Assembly: GCA_002305615.1 (NCBI GenBank)
Contig: DBPU01000025.1
Location: 12,578 to 76,577, forward strand
DNA length: 64,000 nucleotides
Direction: 5' to 3'
Source: Verrucomicrobia bacterium UBA1412
GTDB taxonomy: Bacteria > Verrucomicrobiota > Verrucomicrobiia > Limisphaerales > UBA1412
Shown here: positions 8,478-17,897 of the stretch, piece by piece
How the letters are laid out: each line of letters opens with the position of its first letter
How positions within the stretch are numbered: the stretch's first letter is position 1
Translations under genes and position numbers: made by a program
Notes under the pieces: generated by a model
What the model saw: only the letters and a program-made list of their open reading frames with translations
Databases searched by the model: none
What the model was told of the DNA's origin: nothing

Positions 8478-9875
8478 TTAGAATTGGAGATTACCTTTTG
8501 TTCTGGGGAAAATAGCAACGTCGCGGATATTGCCAATTCCCGTGATGTAAAGCAGGAGTCTCTCCAAACCCAGACCAAAACCGCTATGCGGAGCGGTTCC
8601 GAAACGCCTTAAATCTAAATACCACCAGTAGTCTTCCTGTTTCATATCTAGTTCTTTCATGCGGCGTTCGAGTTTTTCCAAATTGTCTTCACGCTGACTG
8701 CCTCCGATGATTTCGCCAACTCCGGGCAAGAGCAAATCAGTGGCGGCTACAGTCTTCCCATCCGGATTTTGCTTCATGTAGAAGGATTTGAGCTCCGCGG
8801 GATAGTTGATGACGAAAACCGGCTTATTGTAAACCTTTTCGGTGATATAGCGTTCGTGCTCAGTCTGCAGGTCGCACCCCCACTCGACCGGATATTCAAA
8901 TTGAACTTTGGATTCCTTCAGAATGCGAACAGCCTCGGTGTATTCCAAAATCACAAAATTCTGTTGAACAATGGATTTGAGTTTCTGGACAAGGCCATTT
9001 TCGTAGTGTTTGTCAAAGAAGGCCATTTCCTCAGGGCATTTTTCCAGAACCTCTGAGATGAGGCTCTTGATCATAGCTTCTGCCAGCTCAATGAGGTCTT
9101 CGAGTTCGGCAAAAGCAATTTCCGGTTCAATCTGCCAGAATTCAGCAGCATGACGGGCGGTATTTGAGTTTTCTGCGCGGAAAGTCGGACCGAAAGTGTA
9201 AATTTTTCCGAGAGCCATTGCCAGCGTTTCGCCTTCCAGCTGTCCGGAAACAGTCAATCCGGCTTTGCATCCAAAAAAGTCATCTTTGTAGAAATCAGCA
9301 TCCGATATTTCGGGGCGTTTGGGCATAGCGGGATCCAAGGTGGTTACGCGGAACATTTCCCCGGCCCCTTCACAGTCGCTACCTGTCAAGATAGGAGTAT
9401 GTACATAGACGAAACCGCGCCCCGCAAAAAAATGATGGATGGCCGCTGAGAGGGTAGAGCGGATTCGAAACATGGCGTTGAAGGTGTTCGTGCGAGCACG
9501 GAGATGGGCGATTGTTCGCAGAAACTCCAGTGTATGCCTTTTCTTTTGCAGAGGATAGTCGCTGGGCGCTTCTCCGAGCACTTCCAATGTGGCAACATTG
9601 ATCTCACGCACCTCTTTGTTATTGTAGGAGCTAACAACGGTTCCGGTTGCTTTCAGCGCGGCACCGACTCCCTGTTTTTGAGCCAAGGCGTAATCAGGGC
9701 AGTTGGCTTCATCCACAACCAACTGAATTCCCTGGAAAGAGCTTCCGTCATTGAGTTCAATAAAGCAAATACCCTTGGAACTTCTCACTGTACGAGCCCA
9801 TCCGCAAAGAGTGATGTTTTGGCCTAAAAAGAGGTCCTTACTTTTTAAAATTTCGACAATATCCGTATGTTTCAT
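8478..9875 (-). CDS. asnS: Asparagine--tRNA ligase
   Basis: 465 aa class IIb synthetase. N-terminal OB fold [46 protein letters not shown], and C-terminal [15 protein letters not shown]. Confidence 0.92.
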   Translation of the reverse strand: MKHTDIVEILKSKDLFLGQNITLCGWARTVRSSKGICFIELNDGSSFQGIQLVVDEANCPDYALAQKQGVGAALKATGTVVSSYNNKEVREINVATLEVLGEAPSDYPLQKKRHTLEFLRTIAHLRARTNTFNAMFRIRSTLSAAIHHFFAGRGFVYVHTPILTGSDCEGAGEMFRVTTLDPAMPKRPEISDADFYKDDFFGCKAGLTVSGQLEGETLAMALGKIYTFGPTFRAENSNTARHAAEFWQIEPEIAFAELEDLIELAEAMIKSLISEVLEKCPEEMAFFDKHYENGLVQKLKSIVQQNFVILEYTEAVRILKESKVQFEYPVEWGCDLQTEHERYITEKVYNKPVFVINYPAELKSFYMKQNPDGKTVAATDLLLPGVGEIIGGSQREDNLEKLERRMKELDMKQEDYWWYLDLRRFGTAPHSGFGLGLERLLLYITGIGNIRDVAIFPRTKGNLQF

Positions 9876-9895
9876 TATCTGAAAAGTTGGAGTAA

Positions 9896-9947
9896 ATAAA
9901 TAAAAAACAATGGAGAATTGAGAATGTACCCCAGTCTCAACTCTCCA
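9896..9947 (-). terminator. Rho-independent terminator downstream of the phosphofructokinase gene
   Basis: 12-bp stem with one mismatch (9911-9922 with 9936-9947) and a 13-nt loop. On the minus strand it is followed by TTGTTTTTTATTTATTT. Confidence 0.75.
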
Positions 9948-9967
9948 CTTTTAAGTTATATTGGAGC

Positions 9968-11239
9968 CTAGATGCGAGGAGGTAATTTCTTCTCCACACG
10001 GATAGCTTCCAATTTCACGTATTTCGGCAAGCCGCCTTCCATGGGAGGCTGAACTTCACCTTCGATCAGCGGACGTGCGTAATTAATGAATTTTTCATTA
10101 GGCATGAATCCGTCTTCAGTGATCCAATCGCGGGGAAGGAAATGCTCAACATTGGCAATCTCCTCCAGCGGGTGCAGGTCAGTCGTCCAAGTATAAGGAT
10201 TTTCTCCCGTCCGGACGATTTTGACCATGAAGCCGGATTTGCCTTCAACGGCAGCCTTCACAGCGGCAACACCGCAGGCAAAAGCTTCATCCACATCGGT
10301 CTGGCTGGAAAAATGGGAGGCAGCGCGTTGGGCATAACCCAGTTTCACGGTGCGGGTCTTGGTTCCCAATTTACCTTGAACGATTTTAGCCAGAGCTTCC
10401 GCCGAACCGGAAAGAACCGGATGACCAAAGGCGTCGAGATTGTTCTTGTCAGCGCCCAGCTCTTCGCCAGCCTTATTCTTAAGGCCTTCACCTACGACCA
10501 CGACACAATACTTGTAGCGGCTAACAGTATCTTTGACTTTAGCCAGGAAAGCCTCTTCCTCAAAAGGAACTTCCGGCAGGAGGATGATGTGCGGTGCATC
10601 GGCCTCACAACGCTTGGCAAGCACAGTGCCCGCGGCAATCCAGCCGGCGGAGCGGCCCATCACTTCAACGATACAGCAGGAGCCATCGTCTGTGGCCATT
10701 GAGCCAACGTCAATACCTACTTCCATGGTGCTAACTGCATTGTATTTGATGACTGAGCCGTAGCCCGGGCAGTGGTCGGTCTTGGGCAAATCGTTATCAA
10801 TGGTTTTGGGTACGCCGATAACGCGCATATCATAGCCTCTCTTCAAGGCTTCAAGATGAATTTTATGCGAGGTGTCCTGAGAGTCATTGCCGCCTGCATA
10901 GAAGAAGAAGCGAATGTCATGAGCTTTAAAAACTTCAAAGAGGCGATCCATCTCCTCAGCAGCTTTTTCAGGTTTCTTTTTGAAATCAATTTTATAGCGG
11001 CAAGTGCCTAATGCTGCGGCAGGAGTGTATTTGAGTCCTTTGATTGCACGCTCTTTTTCCTCATTAAGATCAGAAAGGTCTTCATTCAGAATTCCATAAA
11101 TTCCATTGAGCCCCCCATAAATTTCTTCAATACATTCATGCTTGCCCGCCTCCAGAACGACGCCGGCGATGCTTGCATTGATGGCACAAGTCGGGCCACC
11201 CGACTGAGCAACTAACAGATTACCAATAATTTCAGACAT
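9968..11239 (-). CDS. pfp: Phosphofructokinase, predicted pyrophosphate-dependent (diphosphate--fructose-6-phosphate 1-phosphotransferase)
   Basis: PFK family motifs SGGPTCAINA, AGGNDSQDT and GVPKTIDNDL. Compared with E. coli PfkA (GGDGS, GLPGTIDND), the Asp in GGxDS and the Lys in PKTIDND are the classical PPi-specificity determinants (recalled from the literature). Confidence 0.8.
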   Translation of the reverse strand: MSEIIGNLLVAQSGGPTCAINASIAGVVLEAGKHECIEEIYGGLNGIYGILNEDLSDLNEEKERAIKGLKYTPAAALGTCRYKIDFKKKPEKAAEEMDRLFEVFKAHDIRFFFYAGGNDSQDTSHKIHLEALKRGYDMRVIGVPKTIDNDLPKTDHCPGYGSVIKYNAVSTMEVGIDVGSMATDDGSCCIVEVMGRSAGWIAAGTVLAKRCEADAPHIILLPEVPFEEEAFLAKVKDTVSRYKYCVVVVGEGLKNKAGEELGADKNNLDAFGHPVLSGSAEALAKIVQGKLGTKTRTVKLGYAQRAASHFSSQTDVDEAFACGVAAVKAAVEGKSGFMVKIVRTGENPYTWTTDLHPLEEIANVEHFLPRDWITEDGFMPNEKFINYARPLIEGEVQPPMEGGLPKYVKLEAIRVEKKLPPRI

Positions 11240-11484
11240 ATAAAATTGAGCTTACTTTCTCTGATGAACGAACTAGGCCTTTTAGCCGAATACGGCTAAT
11301 CCGCAACATGGAAACATCCACACCGCTCAACAGAATGCCAAAAACAGCCCTCTGGGTCAAAAATAAAACCTTCAAATGAGGGGAAAGGCGCAGGATCGGA
11401 TCCCCAATGCCTTAAAACAGAAGAGAAAATGAAAGGAATACAATCAATTCTGTTTAATAAAAAAACCCGGTTTTTCAGTTGATA

Positions 11485-13059
11485 CTAGAGGTCCCCTCGT
11501 TCACGCAGGAGCCAATACTCGAGACTGTCCACCAGGGCTTGCAAGCTGGCTTCGATGATATTTTCGCTCACACCCACCGTACCCCAGCTGCGGATGCCGT
11601 TCGTGGATTCGATGAGCACACGAGTTCTCGCGGCAGTTCCGGATGAGCTCTGAAGGATGCGAACCTTATAGTCCAAGAGCTGAACGTTCTTTAGAGCAGG
11701 GTAAAAATCCAAAAGTGCGGCACGTAAGGCACCGTCCAACGCATTCACGGGGCCTTCTCCGTCAGCTACGGTGTGCCCCACCTTATCGCCAACTTTGACC
11801 TTCACGGTCGCCTCGCAAATGCCGTTCTGTCCGTCAGAACGCATAGAGACATGGTAAGAGCCAACAGTAAAGGGAGGCGTGATTTTCTTACAAGTTTTCT
11901 GAATCAGGAGGATTAAGGAAGCTTCTGCGGATTCGAACTCAAAGCCCTGGTGCTCCATTTGTTTAACATAAGTTAAAATCGTTTTAAGCTCCGGTGCTGA
12001 GTCATCCAGATGAATACCCAGTTCCTTGGCTTTCATTACGATATTGCTCTTACCTGCCAAATCGCTAACCAGAACGCGGCGGCTATTGCCGACACAGGCC
12101 GGGTCAATATGTTCAAAAGTACTTGCCAGTTTATGTACCGCATTCACGTGCATTCCTCCTTTGTGCGCAAAAGCGGAGGCACCGACCCAAGGTTGACGGG
12201 GATCCGGGCGCATGTTGGCTATTTCGTCCACAAATTGCGAAATTTGTTTCAGTTTAGGCAGCGACTCTGCGGGGACGTTCTCCAATTTCATTTTAAATGA
12301 GAGAGAAGGGATGACGCTGGTCAGGTTGCAGTTACCGGTTCTCTCACCATATCCATTGATTGTCCCTTGTACCATTCGAGCGCCTTTTTCTACGGCCGCC
12401 AGAGCATTGGCGACAGCAAGGCCTGCGTCATTATGAGTATGTATCCCCAACTTACTTTTTCCTAAATGCGGTAAAACTTTGCTGACAATCTCTGAAACTT
12501 CGCTGGGAAGCGAGCCGCCATTGGTATCACAGAGGACAACCCAATCAGCTCCGGCCTCTGCAGCTGCTTTAAAAACGGATAACGCATATTCCGGATCATC
12601 TTTAAAACCATCAATGGCATGTTCAGCGTCAAAAATAACGCAGCGGCCCTGGGCCTTCAAATAGGCAACAGTATCAGCAACCATGGCTAAATTCTCCGCG
12701 GGCGTCGTTTTCAACACCTCTTTGATGTGCAACAGCCAGCTTTTACCAAAGATTGCGATAGCAGGCGTCTGGGCTTCCAATAAAAGGCGAACCTGCTCAT
12801 CTTCCTGAACCGGAGTTTTTTTACGGCGCGTAGAGCCGAACGCGGTCAACAAAGCATTTTTAAATGAGCGCTGTGAGGCTTCCTTGAAAAATTCAACGTC
12901 GCGGGGATTTGAACCCGGCCATCCTCCTTCAATAAAATGAATACCAAAAGCATTTAGCTTTTCGGCGATTCTAATTTTATCATTAACTGAAAAATTAATT
13001 CCCTCGCCTTGACTGCCATCTCTTAGAGTAGTGTCGTATATTTTTATTTGGTTATTCAT
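11485..13059 (-). CDS. cimA: Citramalate synthase / LeuA-related 2-alkylmalate synthase
   Basis: Track ORF trimmed to ATG 13059 (MNNQIKIYDTTLRDGSQGEGINFS...), which lies 4 nt after the aroB stop. Has the DRE-TIM HMGL-like domain, HTHND, and a C-terminal LeuA-dimer regulatory region. Length (~524 aa) and N-terminus fit the CimA clade. CimA versus LeuA specificity is inference. Confidence 0.7.
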   Translation of the reverse strand: MNNQIKIYDTTLRDGSQGEGINFSVNDKIRIAEKLNAFGIHFIEGGWPGSNPRDVEFFKEASQRSFKNALLTAFGSTRRKKTPVQEDEQVRLLLEAQTPAIAIFGKSWLLHIKEVLKTTPAENLAMVADTVAYLKAQGRCVIFDAEHAIDGFKDDPEYALSVFKAAAEAGADWVVLCDTNGGSLPSEVSEIVSKVLPHLGKSKLGIHTHNDAGLAVANALAAVEKGARMVQGTINGYGERTGNCNLTSVIPSLSFKMKLENVPAESLPKLKQISQFVDEIANMRPDPRQPWVGASAFAHKGGMHVNAVHKLASTFEHIDPACVGNSRRVLVSDLAGKSNIVMKAKELGIHLDDSAPELKTILTYVKQMEHQGFEFESAEASLILLIQKTCKKITPPFTVGSYHVSMRSDGQNGICEATVKVKVGDKVGHTVADGEGPVNALDGALRAALLDFYPALKNVQLLDYKVRILQSSSGTAARTRVLIESTNGIRSWGTVGVSENIIEASLQALVDSLEYWLLRERGDL

Positions 13060-13063
13060 TATA

Positions 13064-14179
13064 CTATTTCTCAATCTTTCGCACGAATTCGGGAAGAGTA
13101 TCCCGCAGCAGTTTCTGAGGAACACTGTATCCGAAAACAACCTTACCTATTTTCTCAGCCAAAACAAACTTGGGATCCCCTTCCAGAGTTTTTTTATCGC
13201 GTTGGGTGGCTGAAATCAGCTGATCAATAGTCGCCTGCACATCTTTGGCTGGGACCGTTACAGGAAGCTTCGCTTTTTTTAGTAGATTGGCAACTCTTTC
13301 GGTCTCTGCCCTTGGAAATCCTAATAGGGTTTCAGAGAGCCTGCAAGCTACCAATTGCCCTACCGCAACAGCCTCGCCATGAGAATAAGTTCCGTAGTGG
13401 TATACTCGTTCAATGGCATGAGCCAGAGTGTGACCAAAATTGAGAATGGCACGCCGTCCGGATTCACGCTCATCGTCACTCGTCACAGCGGCTTTTAACT
13501 CACAGCAGCGGCGCACTGCTTCTGCCATCAGTTCCCCATCCAAGTTCAATATATCCTGCAAATGATCTTCCAGCCACCCGAAAAACTCAGCATCCAGAAT
13601 GACTCCGTATTTGATAACTTCAGAAAGACCTCCGCTAAGCTCTTTTTGAGGGAGAGAGCTCAAGAGATTCATATCGCAAAGAACTAATTTGGGTTGATAA
13701 AAAGCTCCGACCAGGTTTTTGCCTCCCGGTAAATTCACTGCTGTTTTGCCACCCACCGAGCTATCCACTTGAGATAAAAGAGTCGTTGGTATTTGTACAA
13801 AAGGAATTCCGCGCATATAGGTGGCTGCGGCAAAACCGGTCAAATCACCCACGACCCCCCCCCCCAAAGCGACCAAAAAGGATCTTCTCTCCAGCTTGCT
13901 TTCCACAAGGAAATCAAAAAGATGGCCTAAACTGTCCAGACTTTTCGATGACTCTCCCGCCGGGAGTTGCCAGGAGCGAACCTGATAGCCCGCCTGTGCC
14001 AGCGATGCTTCGCATTCCTTTCCAAAGAGAGGCAGTGTATTGGAGTCGCCGACAATGACGCAGTTCTGAGGGGGGAGCACATCTTTACATAATTCCCCTA
14101 TAAGTGGAAGAATTTTGGAGCCGATCAAAATAGTATAAGACCTGTCCCCTAAATGGACCCGCGTTTTTTTTGTGTTCAT
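13064..14179 (-). CDS. aroB: 3-dehydroquinate synthase
   Basis: GGGVVGDLTGFAAATYMRGIPFVQIPTTLLSQVDSSVGGKTAVN and HTLAHAIE motifs, 371 aa. Confidence 0.92.
   Translation of the reverse strand: MNTKKTRVHLGDRSYTILIGSKILPLIGELCKDVLPPQNCVIVGDSNTLPLFGKECEASLAQAGYQVRSWQLPAGESSKSLDSLGHLFDFLVESKLERRSFLVALGGGVVGDLTGFAAATYMRGIPFVQIPTTLLSQVDSSVGGKTAVNLPGGKNLVGAFYQPKLVLCDMNLLSSLPQKELSGGLSEVIKYGVILDAEFFGWLEDHLQDILNLDGELMAEAVRRCCELKAAVTSDDERESGRRAILNFGHTLAHAIERVYHYGTYSHGEAVAVGQLVACRLSETLLGFPRAETERVANLLKKAKLPVTVPAKDVQATIDQLISATQRDKKTLEGDPKFVLAEKIGKVVFGYSVPQKLLRDTLPEFVRKIEK
13855..13865 (-). repeat. Homopolymer: C11 on the plus strand = G11 on the aroB sense strand
   Basis: acgaCCCCCCCCCCCaaagc. Encodes the Gly-Gly-Gly of the GGGVVGD motif (TTG GGG GGG GGG GTC). 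Confidence 0.95.
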
Positions 14180-17010
14180 GGCAGCGAAATTGTTGATGAA
14201 GTGGTTTCACCGGGCGGAATATGACTTTGAACATATTCCATTTTCAATTTGAGCAGAGGTTGGAGAGAGGGAACAAGCTTCAGTAGGCGCTCGTAAATTT
14301 TTAGCGCTTCAGTCCATTTTTTCTGGTCTTCCAATATACGGGCAACTTCCATGCCTGCACGTTGAACGCAAAAAGGATCGTATTCCTCGGGGTTGTTATT
14401 TTTCCCCTGGAAGACATTCAAGTAATGATCAAGAGCACTTTTCAACCTTTCCTCGCGTATCTCTTGAGAGAGGGATTCAAGAGAGGAGAGATATTGATAT
14501 AGAGTCGCCAGCCCCAGTTCCGCCATGGAGCGCGTCTGAACCGAGGCTTGCGGCGCGGTCATAGCCAGATTATAAAACAGAATTGATTGACTGATGCGGT
14601 TCGTATCCGGCGGATCGCCCCCGGCCAACTGAAAATGGCAGTTAGCAATGCGGCTCATAGCAACGGCCCCGAGTCGGTTTGTTTGAGGAATTCTTGAGTA
14701 GGCGTTAATCGCTTCGGCAAAACGGGCGAGTTTTACCTGTGCATCTTCAGTGGGGCTCATTTCGCCGGTCAGAGTGTCTCCCAGCAGCAATAACGCCTCA
14801 TCGAGTCGATCTCCCGAGGTGACTTGTTTGGAAAGCAGAAGGTTTACCAGATCAAGCAGGTGTTTTCCAGCATCCTTGACTGAGCTTCGTGCGAAGGCAG
14901 AGCGAGCTGCCATCATGCGAGCATCCAGAAGAAGGTCGTCCAAAGGATTATTTGTGTCGGTTTGTTCAAAAATGAGCTGGTAATTCTTTTCTGCAGAAAA
15001 GAAATCCTTACGGTTATAATAGTAGTCGGCCACCCATTTCCTGGCCAGGATAGCGTTGACACCTTTAGGATGCTCATTCAGATAGAGGGAGAAACGGCTC
15101 ATCGCCATGTCATAATCGCCATTTTGCGCGTATGCCCAAGCCAACTCGAATTCAACCAGTGGATAAAGAGGCAGCTCTTTTGGAAAAGTATCCAGCCAGG
15201 TCTGGCATGCCTTGGTAGCCTCAGGGAATTTTTTCTCGTAGAGCCAGGTTCGCGCCAATAACCAGGAGACATCAGGCTTCATGGTGCTTTCCGGAAAGAG
15301 CTTCAGGGCTTCCTGAAATTGTATTCGGGCCTCCGCCGGTTTGCCGATTTCGCAAAGATAGTTGCCCAAATAGATCAAGTCTCGTTCGGTAAAAGAGGCA
15401 TTAGGATATTTCGTAAGCGCCGTGGCCATGGTGCTCTTGGCTAGCTCCTCATTTTTATTTTCCACAGCAGCGCAGAGCTGTAGATGAAGTGCCTGCTCCT
15501 GTGTTGCGACAGGAATTCCCGGCGCATTGGCGTAGGTATCCATATAAGCTGCTATGGTAAGAGCGACCGCTGCAAAATCTTTCTGGTAAAACTGCGCCTC
15601 AGCCAGCTTAATCCTTGCGAAAGCATTGTCTTCAGAGATGGGCAGCGATGCAATGGCATTTGAATAACAAACCATGGCATCCAAAGGGCGGGAAAGCTCC
15701 CAATGACAAAGACCTAAGTTGAGTTGTGCTTTTGGCAAAAAAGTGCTTTTGGGAAAGGCCGTAACCAAATTGGTATAATTAGCATAAGCGGCCAGTATTT
15801 TTTCATTTTTGAGTCCCCGCCCGGGCTCAAGCACTCCCAATTGAGGGATGGCCTGATAATAGTCCTGCATTTGCAAGTTACCCAGTGTGGCCAGCAACTC
15901 ATCACTGTAGGGCTTATTGCCGGATTCCTCATTAAAGCTTTTGAGCAAGCGGATGGCATCGTCGCGTTTGCCCAGTTCAAGCTTGATGCGAACGGTATTC
16001 ATCAAAGCCTGCCAGCGGTCCGAGAGAGGGATCAACTTGTTGGCGACGTTTCTTTCATAAATAGCGGCTGCTTCCTCAATTTTATTTTCCTGCCGCAATA
16101 AATCTCCCTGTAAGGCTAATCCTTGATATTCCAGGCTGAGCAGCCCCGCATTGGTGGTTAAGGTCAAGAGGCTATTTATGTTCAAGGTGGCTGCGGCTGA
16201 ATCCTTTTGCGCCAAATTAACTCGGGCAAGGAGGAATAGCCGTTTCCATTGCAATTCCGGCGGAAGGTTGCTTGTTGCCACCTTTTCTAAAATGCCACGG
16301 GCCTTATCTAGCTCATTCTGTGAAAGAAATAGTTCTGCCAGAAGGAGACGTCCCTGGATAACATAAATGTTGTTAGGTTCTTTTTCAGCAACGGTAAGGA
16401 AAAGGCTGCCTTCTGCGTCAAAGAGTTCAATTGCGCGTTTGGTATTGCCCAGCATTTTCCAGGCGTCACCCGTATAATAAAGGGCATTGGGGACCAGGCT
16501 GGAATTGGAATGCTCTTTGAGCAGTTCACTGAAGGAGGTTATTGCTCCTGGGTAATCGGCCAGTTTGAGTGAGGCCATTCCTATCCAGTAATGGTATTGG
16601 TCTTTATTGACGGGAAGGGTGGCTGCGTTGGTTTGAGTTAACAGGGAAGAGAAGAAACCGCGTGTTTCGGTATACTTTTCCTGACGGTAGAGAGAAAGAC
16701 CCTGATAGACGATAGCCTGGGATAAGTTGGTAGAAGTAGGGTAATTGACCTGAAAATCTTTGAACTCCTTTTCCGCGCGCTCAAATAGATTGTCATTGTA
16801 GGAGATAACAGCAGCGTTAAATACGGAAAGCTCATCCGGAAGCTTGGGGGCTTCCACTACAGGTGCCGGAGGCGGCTCTTGCTTCACTGGATTAGCCGCT
16901 GGCTCGGGGGGTGCTTGCGGCTTGGGTGAACTCTCCTGCGGCTCCTGCGCTGCAATGACGAGCACACATGCCAATAGTAACAGGAAACTGCTGACGACTC
17001 GCCTTATCAT
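14176..17010 (-). CDS. Secreted TPR-repeat protein (944 aa)
   Basis: Signal peptide FLLLLACVLVIAAQ and a Pro-rich linker, followed by ~850 aa of repeated TPR-like helical hairpins (recurrent W/Y..A..L/Y..G...A patterns). Its stop overlaps the aroB start (ATGA at 14179-14176). Confidence 0.75.
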   Translation of the reverse strand: MIRRVVSSFLLLLACVLVIAAQEPQESSPKPQAPPEPAANPVKQEPPPAPVVEAPKLPDELSVFNAAVISYNDNLFERAEKEFKDFQVNYPTSTNLSQAIVYQGLSLYRQEKYTETRGFFSSLLTQTNAATLPVNKDQYHYWIGMASLKLADYPGAITSFSELLKEHSNSSLVPNALYYTGDAWKMLGNTKRAIELFDAEGSLFLTVAEKEPNNIYVIQGRLLLAELFLSQNELDKARGILEKVATSNLPPELQWKRLFLLARVNLAQKDSAAATLNINSLLTLTTNAGLLSLEYQGLALQGDLLRQENKIEEAAAIYERNVANKLIPLSDRWQALMNTVRIKLELGKRDDAIRLLKSFNEESGNKPYSDELLATLGNLQMQDYYQAIPQLGVLEPGRGLKNEKILAAYANYTNLVTAFPKSTFLPKAQLNLGLCHWELSRPLDAMVCYSNAIASLPISEDNAFARIKLAEAQFYQKDFAAVALTIAAYMDTYANAPGIPVATQEQALHLQLCAAVENKNEELAKSTMATALTKYPNASFTERDLIYLGNYLCEIGKPAEARIQFQEALKLFPESTMKPDVSWLLARTWLYEKKFPEATKACQTWLDTFPKELPLYPLVEFELAWAYAQNGDYDMAMSRFSLYLNEHPKGVNAILARKWVADYYYNRKDFFSAEKNYQLIFEQTDTNNPLDDLLLDARMMAARSAFARSSVKDAGKHLLDLVNLLLSKQVTSGDRLDEALLLLGDTLTGEMSPTEDAQVKLARFAEAINAYSRIPQTNRLGAVAMSRIANCHFQLAGGDPPDTNRISQSILFYNLAMTAPQASVQTRSMAELGLATLYQYLSSLESLSQEIREERLKSALDHYLNVFQGKNNNPEEYDPFCVQRAGMEVARILEDQKKWTEALKIYERLLKLVPSLQPLLKLKMEYVQSHIPPGETTSSTISLP

Positions 17011-17023
17011 ATTTCAAACAAAA

Positions 17024-17629
17024 CTATTTTCTTAATGAGACAAATTTCTCGACGTATTTGCCCAGAATGTCGGCTTCCAGGTTCACATAAGAACCCACGG
17101 TGCGTTCTTTGAGGGCCGTTACTTCCATGGTGTGTGGAATAATCCAGATACGGAAAAAGCCTTCTTCGACGGCTGCAACGGTCAAGCTGATCCCGTCTAC
17201 GGAAACACTGCCTTTAAAAACAACGTACTTCATGAGTTCTGCGGGAGCTTCTATATCCAGAAGCCAATCCTGGCCGGTTCTTTCCCACTTGATGATTTTG
17301 CCCAGGTTATCAATGTGGCCGGTAACAAAATGCCCTCCCATTTCAGCATTTGCACGTAGTGGGCGCTCCAGATTAACCAGCGAACCCTCTTTGGCATATT
17401 GCAGATTGGTGCGAACCCAAGTCTCACGCAACAGATCGAACCAAAGCCATTTCTGAGCGCCTTGCTCGGTTTTCCGAACAAGCGTCAGGCAGCAGCCATT
17501 AATAGCTAAACTGGCGCCTACCTGGATGTCTTGAGCGCAAAGCTCGGCAGTAATCGCAAGCTCAATAGATTTATCTCCCTGTTTGATTTGCTTTACGATG
17601 CCAGTTTCTTCTACGATTCCCGTAAACAT
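17024..17629 (-). CDS. ribE: Riboflavin synthase (alpha subunit)
   Basis: MFTGIVEETG N-terminus and an internally duplicated lumazine-binding barrel (GASLAINGCCLT / GSVSVDGISLT), 201 aa. Confidence 0.92.
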   Translation of the reverse strand: MFTGIVEETGIVKQIKQGDKSIELAITAELCAQDIQVGASLAINGCCLTLVRKTEQGAQKWLWFDLLRETWVRTNLQYAKEGSLVNLERPLRANAEMGGHFVTGHIDNLGKIIKWERTGQDWLLDIEAPAELMKYVVFKGSVSVDGISLTVAAVEEGFFRIWIIPHTMEVTALKERTVGSYVNLEADILGKYVEKFVSLRK

Positions 17630-17638
17630 GGTATGTAT

Positions 17639-17759
17639 TTTATTCTCAAAAAGCCTTCCCGTAAACCCGTAAATCGAGAATAAAGTGCCTTCAGAGAGGG
17701 GTGTTCCCCGGTTTTGCCGGTTCAGGATAAAAATCTGAAGACCTTTCCTATACTTCAGA
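17639..17759 (-). promoter_or_regulatory. Structured 5' leader of the ribE operon: terminator-shaped hairpin plus a start-proximal 9-bp stem (candidate attenuator)
   Basis: Read on the minus strand. UCUGAAG (17759-17753), 12-nt loop, CUUCAGA (17740-17734), then U5 (17733-17729). A third copy, UCUGAAG (17695-17689), can pair with the same CUUCAGA. A perfect 9-bp stem UUUAUUCUC/GAGAAUAAA (17684-17676 with 17647-17639) ends 9 nt before the AUG, and its loop carries TTTACGGG twice in tandem. Confidence 0.35.
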
Positions 17760-17897
17760 CGAGACGTTTGCTAAAGTAAATGTGTTGGTTGCAATATGAA
17801 AAATACTTCCATTCTGCTGACGACAATGAGGCTTTTTACACGGAAAGACGGATTTCCTGGTGCGTGTTGTTTGCCGGCAATTGAGGGGGGTAATTTA

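Noticed and set aside
10142-10702. 186-aa plus-strand ORF inside the phosphofructokinase gene
   Set aside because: It is antisense to a gene with clear PFK motifs. Its composition is Gly/Ala/Ser-rich shadow sequence.
12901-12920. tRNA T-arm-like string GCGGGGATTTGAACCCGGCC (reverse complement GGTTCAAATCCCC)
   Set aside because: It lies inside cimA and encodes the conserved GGWPGSNPRD segment. No acceptor, D or anticodon arms can be built around it.
17630-17760. FMN riboswitch (RFN element) upstream of ribE
   Set aside because: I looked for the conserved RFN core strings (AGGGCGGGGTGAAATTCCC-type 5' half and GGATGGGAGAAG-type 3' half) and found neither. The structured region is also much shorter than RFN. 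The structure itself is kept as a separate finding.
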